Source of the DNA: Neoconidiobolus thromboides FSU 785
Lineage: Eukaryota; Fungi; Entomophthoromycota
DNA length: 64,000 nucleotides
Assembly (NCBI GenBank): GCA_025603075.1
Contig: MU626271.1
Coordinates: 62,001 to 126,000, forward strand
Reading direction: 5' to 3'
Shown: positions 1-11,071 of the stretch, piece by piece
Numbering within the stretch: position 1 is the first letter of the stretch
Layout: every line of letters begins with the position of its first letter
Translations under genes and position numbers: made by a program
Notes under the pieces: model-generated
Seen by the model: only the letters and a program-made list of their open reading frames with translations
Databases searched by the model: none
What the model was told of the DNA's origin: nothing

Positions 1-87
1 AGCATACTAAAAAAAGCAAAAAGACAACCTCAAATTTTGGAGTAAATTTTTTTATAACGTTTATTTAAGTCACGATAATTAATAAAA

Positions 88-755
88 TTACTCAAAATAA
101 TTTCTCAACGTTATTGCTTCATTAGCCTTAACCATTTGTTAATATTATTTACTTTAAAAATTGATTTTTTTACCATTTCTTCCACTGTTCTTGGTTTTCT
201 GCTGTCATTGTCTACCTTATTTAACTCATCGTAAATTTGATCATTTTCAACAAAATCTAATTTTTCTCTTGGAATGATATGAATATGAACATGGTTTACT
301 GACTGCCCAGCTTCAGGTCCATCCTATTATATATGAGTAACAAACAGTAATCTTTAATTAAAACTTACTTGTATTACATAACTTAACGAAGTTCCTTTAT
401 AGACAGACTCAATTACATTACCAACTTTCTGAGCTGTGATCCAAAGATCAGATATCTAATTGATGATAAGAGGTATTTAATGGTATGTTATCTATTTACT
501 TCATTATGATTTAATTTGGAAACTCGATCTACTTTGCGAAATGGTGAAACAAGGACATCTAATTTTGAATTAATAATTTAAAAATTGATTTATTCTTACG
601 TCCGCTATTAATAGTTATTAATTAAATTCTAAAATGTAAATAGTTAATCACTACCGTTTTATAGGCTTAAGGTTGACAAAGGCAAAGGATAATTTCGTAG
701 AATAAAATACTTGAGATTTAGGGATAATATTATTTCCAAAGTAAATGCAGGACAT
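88..755 (-). CDS. HNT2: FHIT/Hnt2 bis(5'-adenosyl)-triphosphatase (HIT family), multi-exon
   Basis: Manual splicing gives [31 protein letters not shown], then [11 protein letters not shown], then [19 protein letters not shown] (HxHxH triad), then RTVEEM|[12 protein letters not shown]. These segments match FHIT. Confidence 0.93.
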
Positions 756-801
756 GAAAACGAAAATAAAAACAAAAAAAAGATATCTTTGAATTTTGAG
801 T

Positions 802-1020
802 TTATTTTTCTTTTTGTTCTTCATATTTTTTAAAACAAGTTCTAAATGCTTGCATCTCTTCACGACATTTACGCCAGTCCCTACCAGTTTCAAAATAGCA
901 GTTTTGTAATGCTTCATGCTCTTTGAAACATCCGGTTCTTTTAATTCTTAAATCATATTCATCCTCTTCTTCTTCTTCTTCTTCAATGATAACTTTATTG
1001 ATTTTATCTTCTGCTTGCAT
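802..1020 (-). CDS. COA4: Twin CX9C cytochrome c oxidase assembly factor Coa4/CHCHD8
   Basis: An acidic stretch precedes RIKRTGCFKEHEALQNCYFETGRDWRKCREEMQAFRTCF (twin CX9C plus DWRxC). The likely start is MQAEDK at 1020, not the ORF-track start at 1080. Confidence 0.85.
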   Translation of the reverse strand: MQAEDKINKVIIEEEEEEEDEYDLRIKRTGCFKEHEALQNCYFETGRDWRKCREEMQAFRTCFKKYEEQKEK

Positions 1021-1159
1021 TTTTATTATTATTAACAAAAGAAAAAAGGAGATTAAACTATTCCTATATTTATGTTTCAATCATAATATTGATAATAAAA
1101 AAGCCAACTTTTTTAAGTAAAAAAAACTACTGATTTTATTAATTAGTCAATTCATTATC

Positions 1160-1715
1160 TCACCACCTTATACGATGGACGCACCAGCCGGTAGGGTTAT
1201 TTGCTAAATAGTCTTGATGATATTCCTCAGCTAAATAAAATACTGTTGCTGGATTAAACTCTGTTATAATTGGGTTTTCAAATTTTGATTGAACTATGTC
1301 TTTAACTTTTAAAGACGTTTCTAATTGCTCTTGGCTATGGTAAAAAATAGCTGATCTATATTGTGTTCCTTCATCCTCCTCTTGTCTAATGACATATTAT
1401 AAATTTCTCAAATAAAGTAAAAAATAATATGGATAATTACCTATTAATCGTTGTAGGATCATGAATCCTCCAAAAAAAGTAAACTAAATCATAATAACTA
1501 AGCTCTTTAGGATCAAACTGAATTTCAATAGCTTCTGCATGCCCTGTTTCTCCAAGTTTTACTTCTGGATATTTTGGATCAATTAATTTACCCCCAGTGA
1601 AACCAACCTTAATGGATTTTAATTTATCCCCAAATTCTTTACGAAAATAGTATTCCATTCCCCAGAAACATCCTCCCGCTAAAGTGGCTACCTCTAAGTT
1701 AGTTTCTAAAGTCAT
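1160..1715 (-). CDS. MXR1: Peptide methionine sulfoxide reductase MsrA, 2 exons
   Basis: Exon 1 has AGGCFWG and GHAEAI. Exon 2 (~1160-1385) has GTQYRSAIFYH and AEEYHQDYL, and ends CVHRIRW*. Confidence 0.95.
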
Positions 1716-2139
1716 TTAATTTATCTCTGTCAATAATATGCTTTAGATGTCTTTTTCACTTTATTTATAGTCTCTCTAAATCTATATTATTAATTTATAG
1801 TTTAGTCAGCATCCGATGATTATTTTTTTATTGAAATGGTGCAATCGATAGTTAAAATCAACTCATCCTGAATACAGATGATATAATTAAGGGATAAGTT
1901 ATTATTTCTAATCCCTAATCAAACTTATTTATTTTATAGTGTAAATCTTTCAAAATTAATATTACAACTTCATAATGAATTTGTATTAAAACTAAATAAA
2001 CGTTGATTGGGTCGGTTAAAACTAAAAGATTTTTTATTTGAATTTATTAGATAATATACTTTTTATACTTTAATGCTTTAATTTATGTTATTGCTTTTAC
2101 ACAAATATTTTATATGTTCTATTCTATTAAAATTAATAT

Positions 2140-2237
2140 GAGGATATACTTTTTTGTTTAAGAATTTTGCCAACAATCTTTCCACTCAAATAGCGCTTAA
2201 AAAATGGAAAAATAATGAAACCAAAAAAAACATCCCC
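2140..2237 (+). mobile_element. ~100-bp MITE copy (orientation A)
   Basis: GAGGATA...CATCCCC ends, internal TTTCCACTCAAATAGCGCTTAA, flanked ATAT/ATAT. Confidence 0.85.
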
Positions 2238-2285
2238 ATATAGTAACTTTTAATTCTAAAATAGTAGCCAAGTTTAATTTACATA

Positions 2286-2369
2286 GAGGAATGTCCTTTT
2301 ATTTCATTTACGATTTTTAAGCACTATCAAGTGGAAAAACTGCTGATGGAATTTTTTTTAAACATGTCC
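2286..2369 (-). mobile_element. Degenerate MITE copy
   Basis: Retains TTTTAAGCACTATCAAGTGGAAAA core, but the ends are eroded. Confidence 0.55.
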
Positions 2370-2470
2370 ATATGCTACAATTTAATAAAAAAAACATCTT
2401 TACATTATTAAAATAATGACTACTTTAAATATGTGTATTAAAGTTAATGTTTTTTAATGAATATAGATAT

Positions 2471-2561
2471 GGGAGTATTTTTTTAGCTTCATCACTTTTT
2501 CAATCTTTTGACTTGAATAGTGCTTAAAAATGGAAAAGTGATGAAACCAAAAAACACCCCC
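2471..2561. mobile_element. Symmetric (arm-swapped) MITE variant
   Basis: Both halves are the GAAAAGTGATGAAACC-type arm in inverted orientation. Flanked ATAT/ATAT. Confidence 0.8.
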
Positions 2562-2874
2562 ATATAGACTAAGGTGGAAGTTAAAGAGAAATTAGAAAGG
2601 ATCCTTTAACTGGACTTTAATAAACCCAGTACAGGAAAAATTTAAAATATTGAAAGATATTTTATATGAGTGATAGCTAACGAATTGTATATATAATAGA
2701 TACTCAACTTTTACTTTTTGTTTAACCCAATATGGAATATTAGGATTATATATTATGTCAATTAAATTAAATTGAGATGTTTTTTTACCTTAATAGAAAA
2801 TAGCATAATAATAATAAAACTTTGACAATAAAAAATAAACTATGTTGTTTTTATCAACTCTATAAATAGTATTT

Positions 2875-2973
2875 GGGGATGTGTTTTTATGTTTAAGAAT
2901 TTTACTAACAATTTTTCCACTTAAATAGTGCTTAAAAGATGGAAAAAAGTAGTGAAGCCAAAAAAATATCCCC
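2875..2973 (+). mobile_element. MITE copy
   Basis: GGGGATG...TATCCCC, flanked ATTT/ATTT. Confidence 0.88.
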
Positions 2974-3223
2974 ATTTCATATAATTTATTAAATTTCTTG
3001 ACTAAATTTTACAATAGCGATAATAAAATAAACTTTTTCTGTTATTATTTTCATTAGTAATGACTATTTCTAAAGGAGGATTTTTTAATTTAAATATTTG
3101 CTTCATCGATTATCTTATTTAAAAATATTAAAAAGCGCTACTGTCTTTTTTAACCAGTCTCTATATAGGGTTGGTTTGAGAAGAAACCTCACTCTAAGCA
3201 AAAATTTATCTGTTTAAAAAGAT

Positions 3224-3313
3224 GGGGCTATTTTTAATTTCATCACTTTTCCACTTTTAAGCACTATTTGAGTGGAAAGATTGTTAGTAAAATCCTTAAA
3301 AGAACGCATCTCC
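3224..3313 (-). mobile_element. MITE copy
   Basis: Reverse-orientation core AAGCACTATTTGAGTGGAAAGATTGTTAGTAAAAT. Flanks are AGAT/ATAT. Confidence 0.8.
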
Positions 3314-3533
3314 ATATTTTATAAGTATCAGAAGAATATGGTAAAGTGATTAAAATTCGCTAGTTTTGTATTTTATAAGAGAGTTTTAAAGTAAGCTCAT
3401 TTTTTTAAGTAAAAGATAAAAGACTGCTTTGGTTGCAATAGCAAATACTTATGTAAAGACAAATATTGGTGTAAAAAAATTCAGTTGCTGCTATCCCATA
3501 TTTTTCCCAATGGATATTTGCATAAAAGGAGAT

Positions 3534-3631
3534 GGGGATGTTTTTTTTGACTTCATTACTTTTCCATCCTTTAAGCACTATTTAAGTGGAAAGATTGTTA
3601 GTGAAATTATTAAATATAGAAATAAATTCCC
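3534..3631 (-). mobile_element. MITE copy
   Basis: GGGGATG start and reverse core, flanked AGAT/AGAT. Confidence 0.85.
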
Positions 3632-3925
3632 AGATACTACTTTAGAAGCATCCTTATATACAACCCAACAAACTAAATGAAGTAATATAACTAGAATCAT
3701 AAGAAATAGTATAGTAAATACTTGAAAAATTGTTAATAACATATATGGATAGAGTATTTTTATCATAGTTTAAGGGCTTCAGATTGATATAATTAGTTTA
3801 TAAGTATTATTAAACACAAGCCAAATAATGAGATGTGGAAATAATTGTACTATTAAAATAATGAAATAAATTATGATAATCAGATTAGAAACTAAAGACT
3901 AATGATAAGTAGATCTGATTAAAAT

Positions 3926-5729
3926 ATGATTAATGGAAATAAATTAAAAACTAAAATAAATCAAATTGTGAGACTTATAAAATGACACTAGATAAAAGTT
4001 TTTTAAAAGTATCAAACTCTAATAAAAGGTGAAAGAAGATTTAAAACAAGACTTTAATATTGAAGATGATAAGCAGGAAAAAAACAAAACTTTTGTTGCT
4101 AGCGAGTTGGGTGCAAGAAGGATGGCAAGCCTGCGTAGTGTAATTAGCAATAAAGAACTATGGGTTTGTTATATTGGTCTCTTCCTTATTACTTTTGTTA
4201 ACTCACTAGAATCGAATTTTAACTATAGCTTATTTAATATTGCTTTAGAAGAATTCAAAGCAAATGCTATTTTAAGTGTATTTGGAGTAGTAACTAGTTT
4301 GTTAGGAATTATCCTTGTTCCATTATATTCCAAGTTTACTGATTATTTCGGACGTACCGAAATTTATCTTTTCTCATTGTTGTGTCATCTTTTAGGTGTA
4401 GTGTTCCTTGGGGTGGCAAACTCTTTTTCTTTCTTTTTTGCTGGTTACTTTTTGTCTAACATCGGTTTTATCGGTTTTAATATTACTAAAAAAATCATAG
4501 TAGCTGATTTAACCTCATTGGCAAATAGAGCTATGTTTAGTTCTATAGATATGATACCATTTGTTTTAAACAACTGGTTGGGAACTTTGCTCGCAACTCC
4601 AGTTAGTGTAAACCTTGGATGGAGATGGGGTTATATAGTTTCCGCTGCTATATTCATCCCTTGCATTTCACTGTTTTTTGGTATGATGTTTTATTTACAA
4701 CGTAAAGCTAAAAAACAGACCAATACATTCGTTAGCATCAAACAATTTGGTCTTAGTACTGGTTTAAAGAATATTTATCAAGAGCTGGATTTAGTTGGGT
4801 TTACTTTACTAGTTGCTGGATTATTAACACTATTGATACCTTTTAACATTGCAGCCACATTAGAAAATGGTTGGGGTAGTCCAAGTATGATAGCTTTAAT
4901 TATTATTGGAGTTGTTTTACTTATTGGATTAATTGTATGGGAATCTAAATATGCTAAAGCTCCATTAATCCCATTATCGATATTTAAAAACAGAACAGTA
5001 TCAGGTGCCATTTTAGTCATTTGTTTAATTTCATTAGATTCTGGGATAAACTGGCAATACCTTTACTTATACTTCATGACCTCTCGAAAGCTTGATCCGA
5101 CTAGCGCTTCTTTGCTATTCAAAGGTTATCAAACGGGCTATCTAATTTCAGCTTTGATTACAGGATTTTTAATTAAAAAACTTCATAATTACAAGTATTT
5201 ATTGATTGCTGGTGCAGCATTAAATTGTATAGGTTTAGGCGCAATGATACCAGCAAGGTTCCCCCATTCAAGCGATTTATCAATTCATGTTACTCAAGCA
5301 CTTTCTGGGATTGGACAAGGCATAGTAGATATAGGCATAGCTGTAGCATATCAAGGATCAGTAGATAGAAAGGATATAGCAATTACGGTCAGTACAATTC
5401 AGATAATACAAGGAATAGTTAGTGCATTTGGAAATACAATTGCAGGTGTAGTTTGGGTTCAAGTAGTTCCCATGCTAATTAAGCAAAGAGTTGAAGGAGA
5501 AATCGATATGACAGGCGCGATGAACCAGATGAAATATGTTTGGGAGCTCCCATCAAACCAATTCGACCAAGTTATTTCTTCTTATGGAGATGTTCAAATG
5601 ATATTTTCAGCTTTATCATGTGCTTTAGCAGGGCTTGCTTTAGTTATTATCATTTTTATGATTAACCCTGTTAACGTTCATACTACCCAAAAGTTCGATG
5701 GAAAAATTACTGAAAAGCATGAAGACTAA
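3926..5729 (+). CDS. Siderophore-iron transporter (ARN/Sit1/MirB-type MFS)
   Basis: 566-aa ORF with many TM segments, SKFTDYFGRTE motif and IVADLTSLANRA. The ORF-track start is GTG. An in-frame ATG at 3926 joins it through a 61-nt GTGAG..AAG intron (3968-4028); this 5' model is inferred. Confidence 0.85.
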
Positions 5730-6137
5730 TCACAAAAAAGTTACTTTTGTTATAATAAACTGTTTAAATTTACTTAACTTTTTATTATTACTGCTATTAA
5801 AATCAATATTGGCTTATGGCCGTTATCGCTCAGAACTAGTATTTTGTAGAAATCATAGTACATAGTAAAGAGAAAATCCCAACTCTACCAAGGAACTAAA
5901 ACATCGAATCCTAAATGAGCTGTATTGAGCTATATTATTTTTAAAGGTTAACGATGAAGTTTTAAAATGGAATTATTATTTTTTGTTTAATATCATTTAA
6001 TATTGTAAAATTTATATTGCATTGGAAATGTGCAGAATATTGAAACGAATACATCCTTGAAGGTTTTTAAATTTTGTAACAGGCTTTGGAAAATAAAATG
6101 GTACATACGAGCTATATATTATATAAAACTAACATAT

Positions 6138-6234
6138 GGGGATGTATTTTTTTGTTTAAGAATTTTAGTAACAATCTTCCGCTCAAGTAGCGCTCAAAAA
6201 ATGGAAAAAGTAATGAAATCAAAAAAACATTCCC
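6138..6234 (+). mobile_element. MITE copy
   Basis: GGGGATG...CATTCCC, flanks ATAT/GTAT. Confidence 0.85.
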
Positions 6235-7295
6235 GTATGTTTAAAAGCTTAAAAAGATGCTTTTAATAGTTTTATTTTTGATAGTTTTTATATTTTAGCA
6301 TTTTCAGTAACAATTTATGATAGCGTATAAATAATCCATTTTTTCAAAATTAATTCACATATTCTACTACCAATTTTGACATTAAAGACTACTTTATATT
6401 TATAGTATAACGTTTCAATAAAAGTATACATTTTAAAGATTACTTCATCAAAAAAATATTATAATATCTGAGTCATTTTAGAGAATGTTACAGATACTTT
6501 TACCGAAATTTACCAACTTATTTAGCATAAATAAATGGGTTTTTCTTATTATTTGTACTTAATTTACCCTTTTTTAATCTGGAACGCAACGAAGGTCCCA
6601 AGTGATTTTACTACCGTGATAGCATAAAAAGCAAAATAAAAGTGGGAGAGGAGGCATGTACCTCTTTTATAATAAATTAAAACTAGAAAATAATTGAACC
6701 TTGAATTTAGCGTATATTCAGAATTTTAAATTGCGCCTTAGTTATTTATAAAATCTTATATACTGAGAATTATAAACAGGATGCTACAGTTCTAATTTTT
6801 ATTATATCATATTTTGTATTAATTATTTATAAAAATGCTGGAACCTTTATTTAGATTGTATTTATTAAAATTTATGAGTAAAAGGGCTACAATAAATGAT
6901 AAAATGGACTTAAAGCTATTAAGAATCTATAAATAACTTAAATTTAGATCAAACAAAAAAAAAAGAAATAATAAAGCAACCCAATATTATTTGCTATTTA
7001 AGTATCAGTGTTCTTGATTAATAGGTCGATTTGCCCAAGATAGATAGATTTAGTGGTTCTTTAAGCGGGTGCTCAATTAAGAAACAAGAAGATTAAGTAC
7101 AAAAATAAAATTGAAGAGGGGATGAAATAAAGGATTTAAAATAAGAATATAGAATACTTAGCAGTAATTGAAGTAATATTTAAATGCTATAGTTTTTAAG
7201 CTTTATCTTTTAATAATTTTAAAATATTTAATAACTAATCTAGCAAATAACTATATAAAATATCAATAATATTTATTATAGTATAATATATCAAA

Positions 7296-9227
7296 ATGTT
7301 AAAGCTGGTATTTTTGATATTAAATTTAACGATAGTAGTATTGTGTCAAAAGAGCAATGATTATCGTAATAACAACAATGGTAAAGGAAGCACCAATGGG
7401 AATAGCAACAGCAGTAACAATAACAACAAAAGAAGCCAATATGACTATATTGTAGTAGGGGCTGGGGCAGCAGGATCAATAACTGCAGTAGGGTTAGCTG
7501 AAAAAGGATTTTCAGTATTACTTATTGAAGCGGGGCAAGACTATGCATCGGCTAATGTAACAACGCCAGCATTACATGTAAGAAGCTCAGAAGACCCAAA
7601 CATTAGTTGGGATTTTATGGTAAAACATTATGAAGAAAAAACAAATTTAAGACAGTCCGTCTTATATCCAAAAGCTTCCGGTATAGGGGGATGTACTTTG
7701 CATAATGCAATGTTACATATTTTGCCACATTACATTGATTACCAAAATATGGTCGATTTAACGGGTGATGACTCATGGAGTGAATCGAATATGATGAATT
7801 ACTATCAAAATATTGCACAGCCACAAATGCTAGAAAGACTACCCCCAGTAAGATTATTCAACCAATTAGGGACGCTATTTCAATCAATCTCTACATTCAC
7901 AACTAACTTGTTGAGTGAGAAAGGGAAAGGATGGCTCAAGTTATCAAATGTTAATATCTTCAACTTATTAGCAAATGATCCAAAACTAAGTGACTTGGTT
8001 TCAAAGATATTGGGTGCTCCATTAATATCAAGTATATTGGGGTTTGATATTAATTCGTATATCGCTGGTAGAAACCCAAACGCAGAATCACGCTCGTTTT
8101 TAGTCCCAATTAATGCTGACGTTAGCCAAGGAATGCAACGCACTGGGGTTTACGAACGAGTAAAATGGGCCACCAAAAACATGAAATTGACAGTATTAAC
8201 TAACTCTTTAGTTAGTAGAGTATTATTAGATAATGATAATTCTGCTTATGGTGTTGAATATTTACAAGGGGAGCATATATATAAGGCTTCAAAGTATAGT
8301 AGAAAGGCCAATTATAACTACCAAAAAGTGTATTGTAATAACGAAGTCATTGTTTCTGGTGGTACATTTAACACTCCACAAATCATGATGTTAAGCGGTA
8401 TTGGTGATCCAAATCATTTAAAATCGCTCAATATTGAGCCAAGAGTCAATTTACCAGGCGTAGGTAGAAATTTACATGACAGATATGAAATATCCGTCAA
8501 TTTCAAGTTTAATGCAAATTTTACAATTTTAAATGATTGCCTAATGGAAGGATCAAATGATGACCCATGCTTCAACAGATTTAAACAGGGACACTCTGGT
8601 CCATATACTTTTAATGGAGTTTTAGCTGCAGTCACAAAAAAATCTAATGAAAAATTGAAAGTACCAGATTTATTGACATTAATTGCACCTATTTACTTTA
8701 CTGGTTATCACCATGGAATGGGAGATGAGGTCTACATGAATAAAAATATTTTAAGCTTTTTGATACTAAAAGCACATACCTTTAATCGTGCTGGTAGAAT
8801 TTTATTAAATTCTAATGACCCAACGGACGTTCCTGATATTAATTTCAATTATTTCAAAGAAGGTGCTAACGAAGATCTACCTGCTATGATAAAAGGAATA
8901 AGAGATGTGCGTAATCTAATGAAAGATTTTTCCAATGAGAATGTTGAAGTAATTCCTGGTGAAAATGTTCAAACTGACCAACAGTTGAGTGATTATATTT
9001 TAAAGAGCTCCTGGGGACATCATGCTACTGGTACTATGAAAATTGGTAGACAAGGCGATCCATATGCTGTATTAGACTCTCAATTCAGAGTTAAAGGCAC
9101 TAAAAATCTAAGAGTAGTAGATCTTTCAATATTACCTGATATTCCTGGTTATTTCCCTGTACTTTATCTTTACATGATTGGTGCCAAAGCTGCTGACACC
9201 ATTGCCGCTGCTGTCGCTTCTAATTAA
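7296..9227 (+). CDS. Secreted GMC (glucose-methanol-choline) oxidoreductase, intronless
   Basis: Hydrophobic N-terminal signal-like peptide, YDYIVVGAGAAG FAD motif, GGCTLHNAM, GVGRNLHDRYE, WGHHATGT, and LRVVDLSILP. Confidence 0.92.
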   Translation: MLKLVFLILNLTIVVLCQKSNDYRNNNNGKGSTNGNSNSSNNNNKRSQYDYIVVGAGAAGSITAVGLAEKGFSVLLIEAGQDYASANVTTPALHVRSSEDPNISWDFMVKHYEEKTNLRQSVLYPKASGIGGCTLHNAMLHILPHYIDYQNMVDLTGDDSWSESNMMNYYQNIAQPQMLERLPPVRLFNQLGTLFQSISTFTTNLLSEKGKGWLKLSNVNIFNLLANDPKLSDLVSKILGAPLISSILGFDINSYIAGRNPNAESRSFLVPINADVSQGMQRTGVYERVKWATKNMKLTVLTNSLVSRVLLDNDNSAYGVEYLQGEHIYKASKYSRKANYNYQKVYCNNEVIVSGGTFNTPQIMMLSGIGDPNHLKSLNIEPRVNLPGVGRNLHDRYEISVNFKFNANFTILNDCLMEGSNDDPCFNRFKQGHSGPYTFNGVLAAVTKKSNEKLKVPDLLTLIAPIYFTGYHHGMGDEVYMNKNILSFLILKAHTFNRAGRILLNSNDPTDVPDINFNYFKEGANEDLPAMIKGIRDVRNLMKDFSNENVEVIPGENVQTDQQLSDYILKSSWGHHATGTMKIGRQGDPYAVLDSQFRVKGTKNLRVVDLSILPDIPGYFPVLYLYMIGAKAADTIAAAVASN

Positions 9228-9495
9228 TTTTCTACAATCCCACAACTATTCATTCTAGTAAATAAAAATAACTTTTCTCTCGAATATAGAATAATTTATG
9301 CATTCGGTTTTTAAATTATTTTTAATAATTTAACCCATTGAGTTTTTAAATGATTAGAAAAAAATAGATAGCTGAAATTAATAATTTGATGTTATCAATT
9401 TTTTTATTATAGACTACAACGGTATATGATAAGACTCAAAAAAAATTCAAAATTATGTACAAAATGAAAATCATTAATGTTGTGAGCCAGCATAT

Positions 9496-9594
9496 GGGAG
9501 TGTTTTTTTTGACTTCATTATTTTTTCCATTTTTTAAGCGCTATTTGAGTGGAAAATTTGTTGCTAAAATTCTTAAATATAAAAATACATCCCC
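9496..9594 (-). mobile_element. MITE copy between the convergent GMC and UNC-93 genes
   Basis: GGGAGTG...CATCCCC, flanked ATAT/ATAT. Confidence 0.88.
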
Positions 9595-9754
9595 ATATAA
9601 TACAATTATTAAAGTTATGCAAAACTTAGAATTAATATTTTAAAATGCTATCTCAATAATTAAATTTAGGTCAAATATTCAAGTAAAATAAAATATAAAC
9701 TTTTTATTGCTTTTTAAAATTTAACCCGAAAAAGTGGGAATTAATTTATAATAT

Positions 9755-11071
9755 TTATAACTTAGTATGGTTGTGATGCTCATATGAGTATTCAACATTA
9801 GTATCTCTAATAGATCTAATGACTAAAAATAAACCAGGAATTGAAAATTCAAAAATACCCCAACAAATTAGTAATTGAGTAAGGTAAGGAGTATCGGTCG
9901 TTGTAATTCCCCAAGAAATTGCTGCTCCACCAGATTGAACTGCCTTATAAAAACCAGCATATCGTGATAATACTAATGGATCGTTGTCTAAAGATCCCAA
10001 AACCCAATAAGCTAAAGTTTGTATCATTGAATCCATCACACCATACAATATATATAATATTAATAATGGACCCCATTCTTTTGATGTAAAATCAATTTTG
10101 GTTGTCTTATAAGGATTGTTTTCAATACTATAACTTAATTGGAAAGCTAAACCACCAGCCCAAATACACGTTGAAGTAACAAAAATAAATATCATAGCGT
10201 ATAATCCTTTTCTACTACGATTTAAACGAGTATTATCCAAAAATTTCCCCAAAAATAGAGCACCTACCATTTGTGCAAACCAATAAAACACTGTGTTTAA
10301 AGAGCGAGTACGTATGGCAAATACTTCAGCATTAAAAACTTGGAATTGATAAGAATAAAACCAATTTGAACTTAAAAACAATGGTAATAAGCAAAGCATT
10401 TTCCAATCTTTAATCATACTGAATACTGCTGCTGCTTCCCTTCCTACACTTTTATATCGATGAATTAAAACAGGTCTGCCATCATCCTTAATAACATCTT
10501 GAATAGGCGCCAGTAAAAAGGAAATAGATGAACCAAATAACATAACAGCACCGAGACCAAGGTAAGTAACTGGGGTTACACCAGCCTCTTTATTATCATA
10601 ATTTAATCCGAATGGTATAAAGCCACCTAATACCGAGCCTAAATTAAATATCATCCAAAATATACTAACATAAAGTCCCTTTTGTCCTTCAGTTGGGTAA
10701 GATAACATAATTTGTCCTTGAGCTGACCATAACACACCAGCGCATAATCCCAGTATACATCCACCCAATATAATTGGCCACCAAGCACCTGTTTTGTGAT
10801 AGATATAAAATGATACAGCATAAAAGCAGTAACCCAATGAAGAAATGCCTAAAGATAATCTTGGGCCTAATAGATTTACAACTGAACCACCTAATAACCC
10901 AGAAAAGATAAAAAGCGTATTTACTGCAACAGTTGAAGTATTCCCCAATGTAGAATCTAAACCATTTGATCCTATACTTAACATTACATTAAATATACCA
11001 ACGGTACAGAAACACATTAAAGCTACCAATATAATTTGGGAATAAGGGGATATCCACCAGGTACGGCTCAT
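9755..11071 (-). CDS. UNC-93-like MFS membrane protein, intronless
   Basis: QIILVALMCFCTVGIFN, CAGVLWSAQGQIMLSYPTE, LFLSSNWFYSYQF and RYAGFYKAVQSGGAAISW are typical of fungal UNC-93-like proteins. Confidence 0.88.
   Translation of the reverse strand: MSRTWWISPYSQIILVALMCFCTVGIFNVMLSIGSNGLDSTLGNTSTVAVNTLFIFSGLLGGSVVNLLGPRLSLGISSLGYCFYAVSFYIYHKTGAWWPIILGGCILGLCAGVLWSAQGQIMLSYPTEGQKGLYVSIFWMIFNLGSVLGGFIPFGLNYDNKEAGVTPVTYLGLGAVMLFGSSISFLLAPIQDVIKDDGRPVLIHRYKSVGREAAAVFSMIKDWKMLCLLPLFLSSNWFYSYQFQVFNAEVFAIRTRSLNTVFYWFAQMVGALFLGKFLDNTRLNRSRKGLYAMIFIFVTSTCIWAGGLAFQLSYSIENNPYKTTKIDFTSKEWGPLLILYILYGVMDSMIQTLAYWVLGSLDNDPLVLSRYAGFYKAVQSGGAAISWGITTTDTPYLTQLLICWGIFEFSIPGLFLVIRSIRDTNVEYSYEHHNHTKL

Noticed and set aside
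940-990. (TCT)n run
   Set aside because: It simply encodes the poly-Glu tract of COA4 on the minus strand.
2790-3766. Short ORFs 2790-2975, 3429-3680 and 3578-3766 (also 6030-6266, 9455-9643, 17216-17401 and 52666-52851)
   Set aside because: They read through or overlap MITE copies; the shared peptide FPSFKHYLSGKIV is just the translated repeat.
4778-8635. Antisense ORFs inside long genes (4778-5020, 7291-7479, 7615-7824, 7880-8143, 8414-8635; likewise 10845, 15189, 15477, 21148, 21884, 34487, 45885, 49447, 60183, 60311)
   Set aside because: These are shadow frames of real coding sequence. The similar antisense ORFs in the MCT paralogs only reflect sense-strand paralogy.
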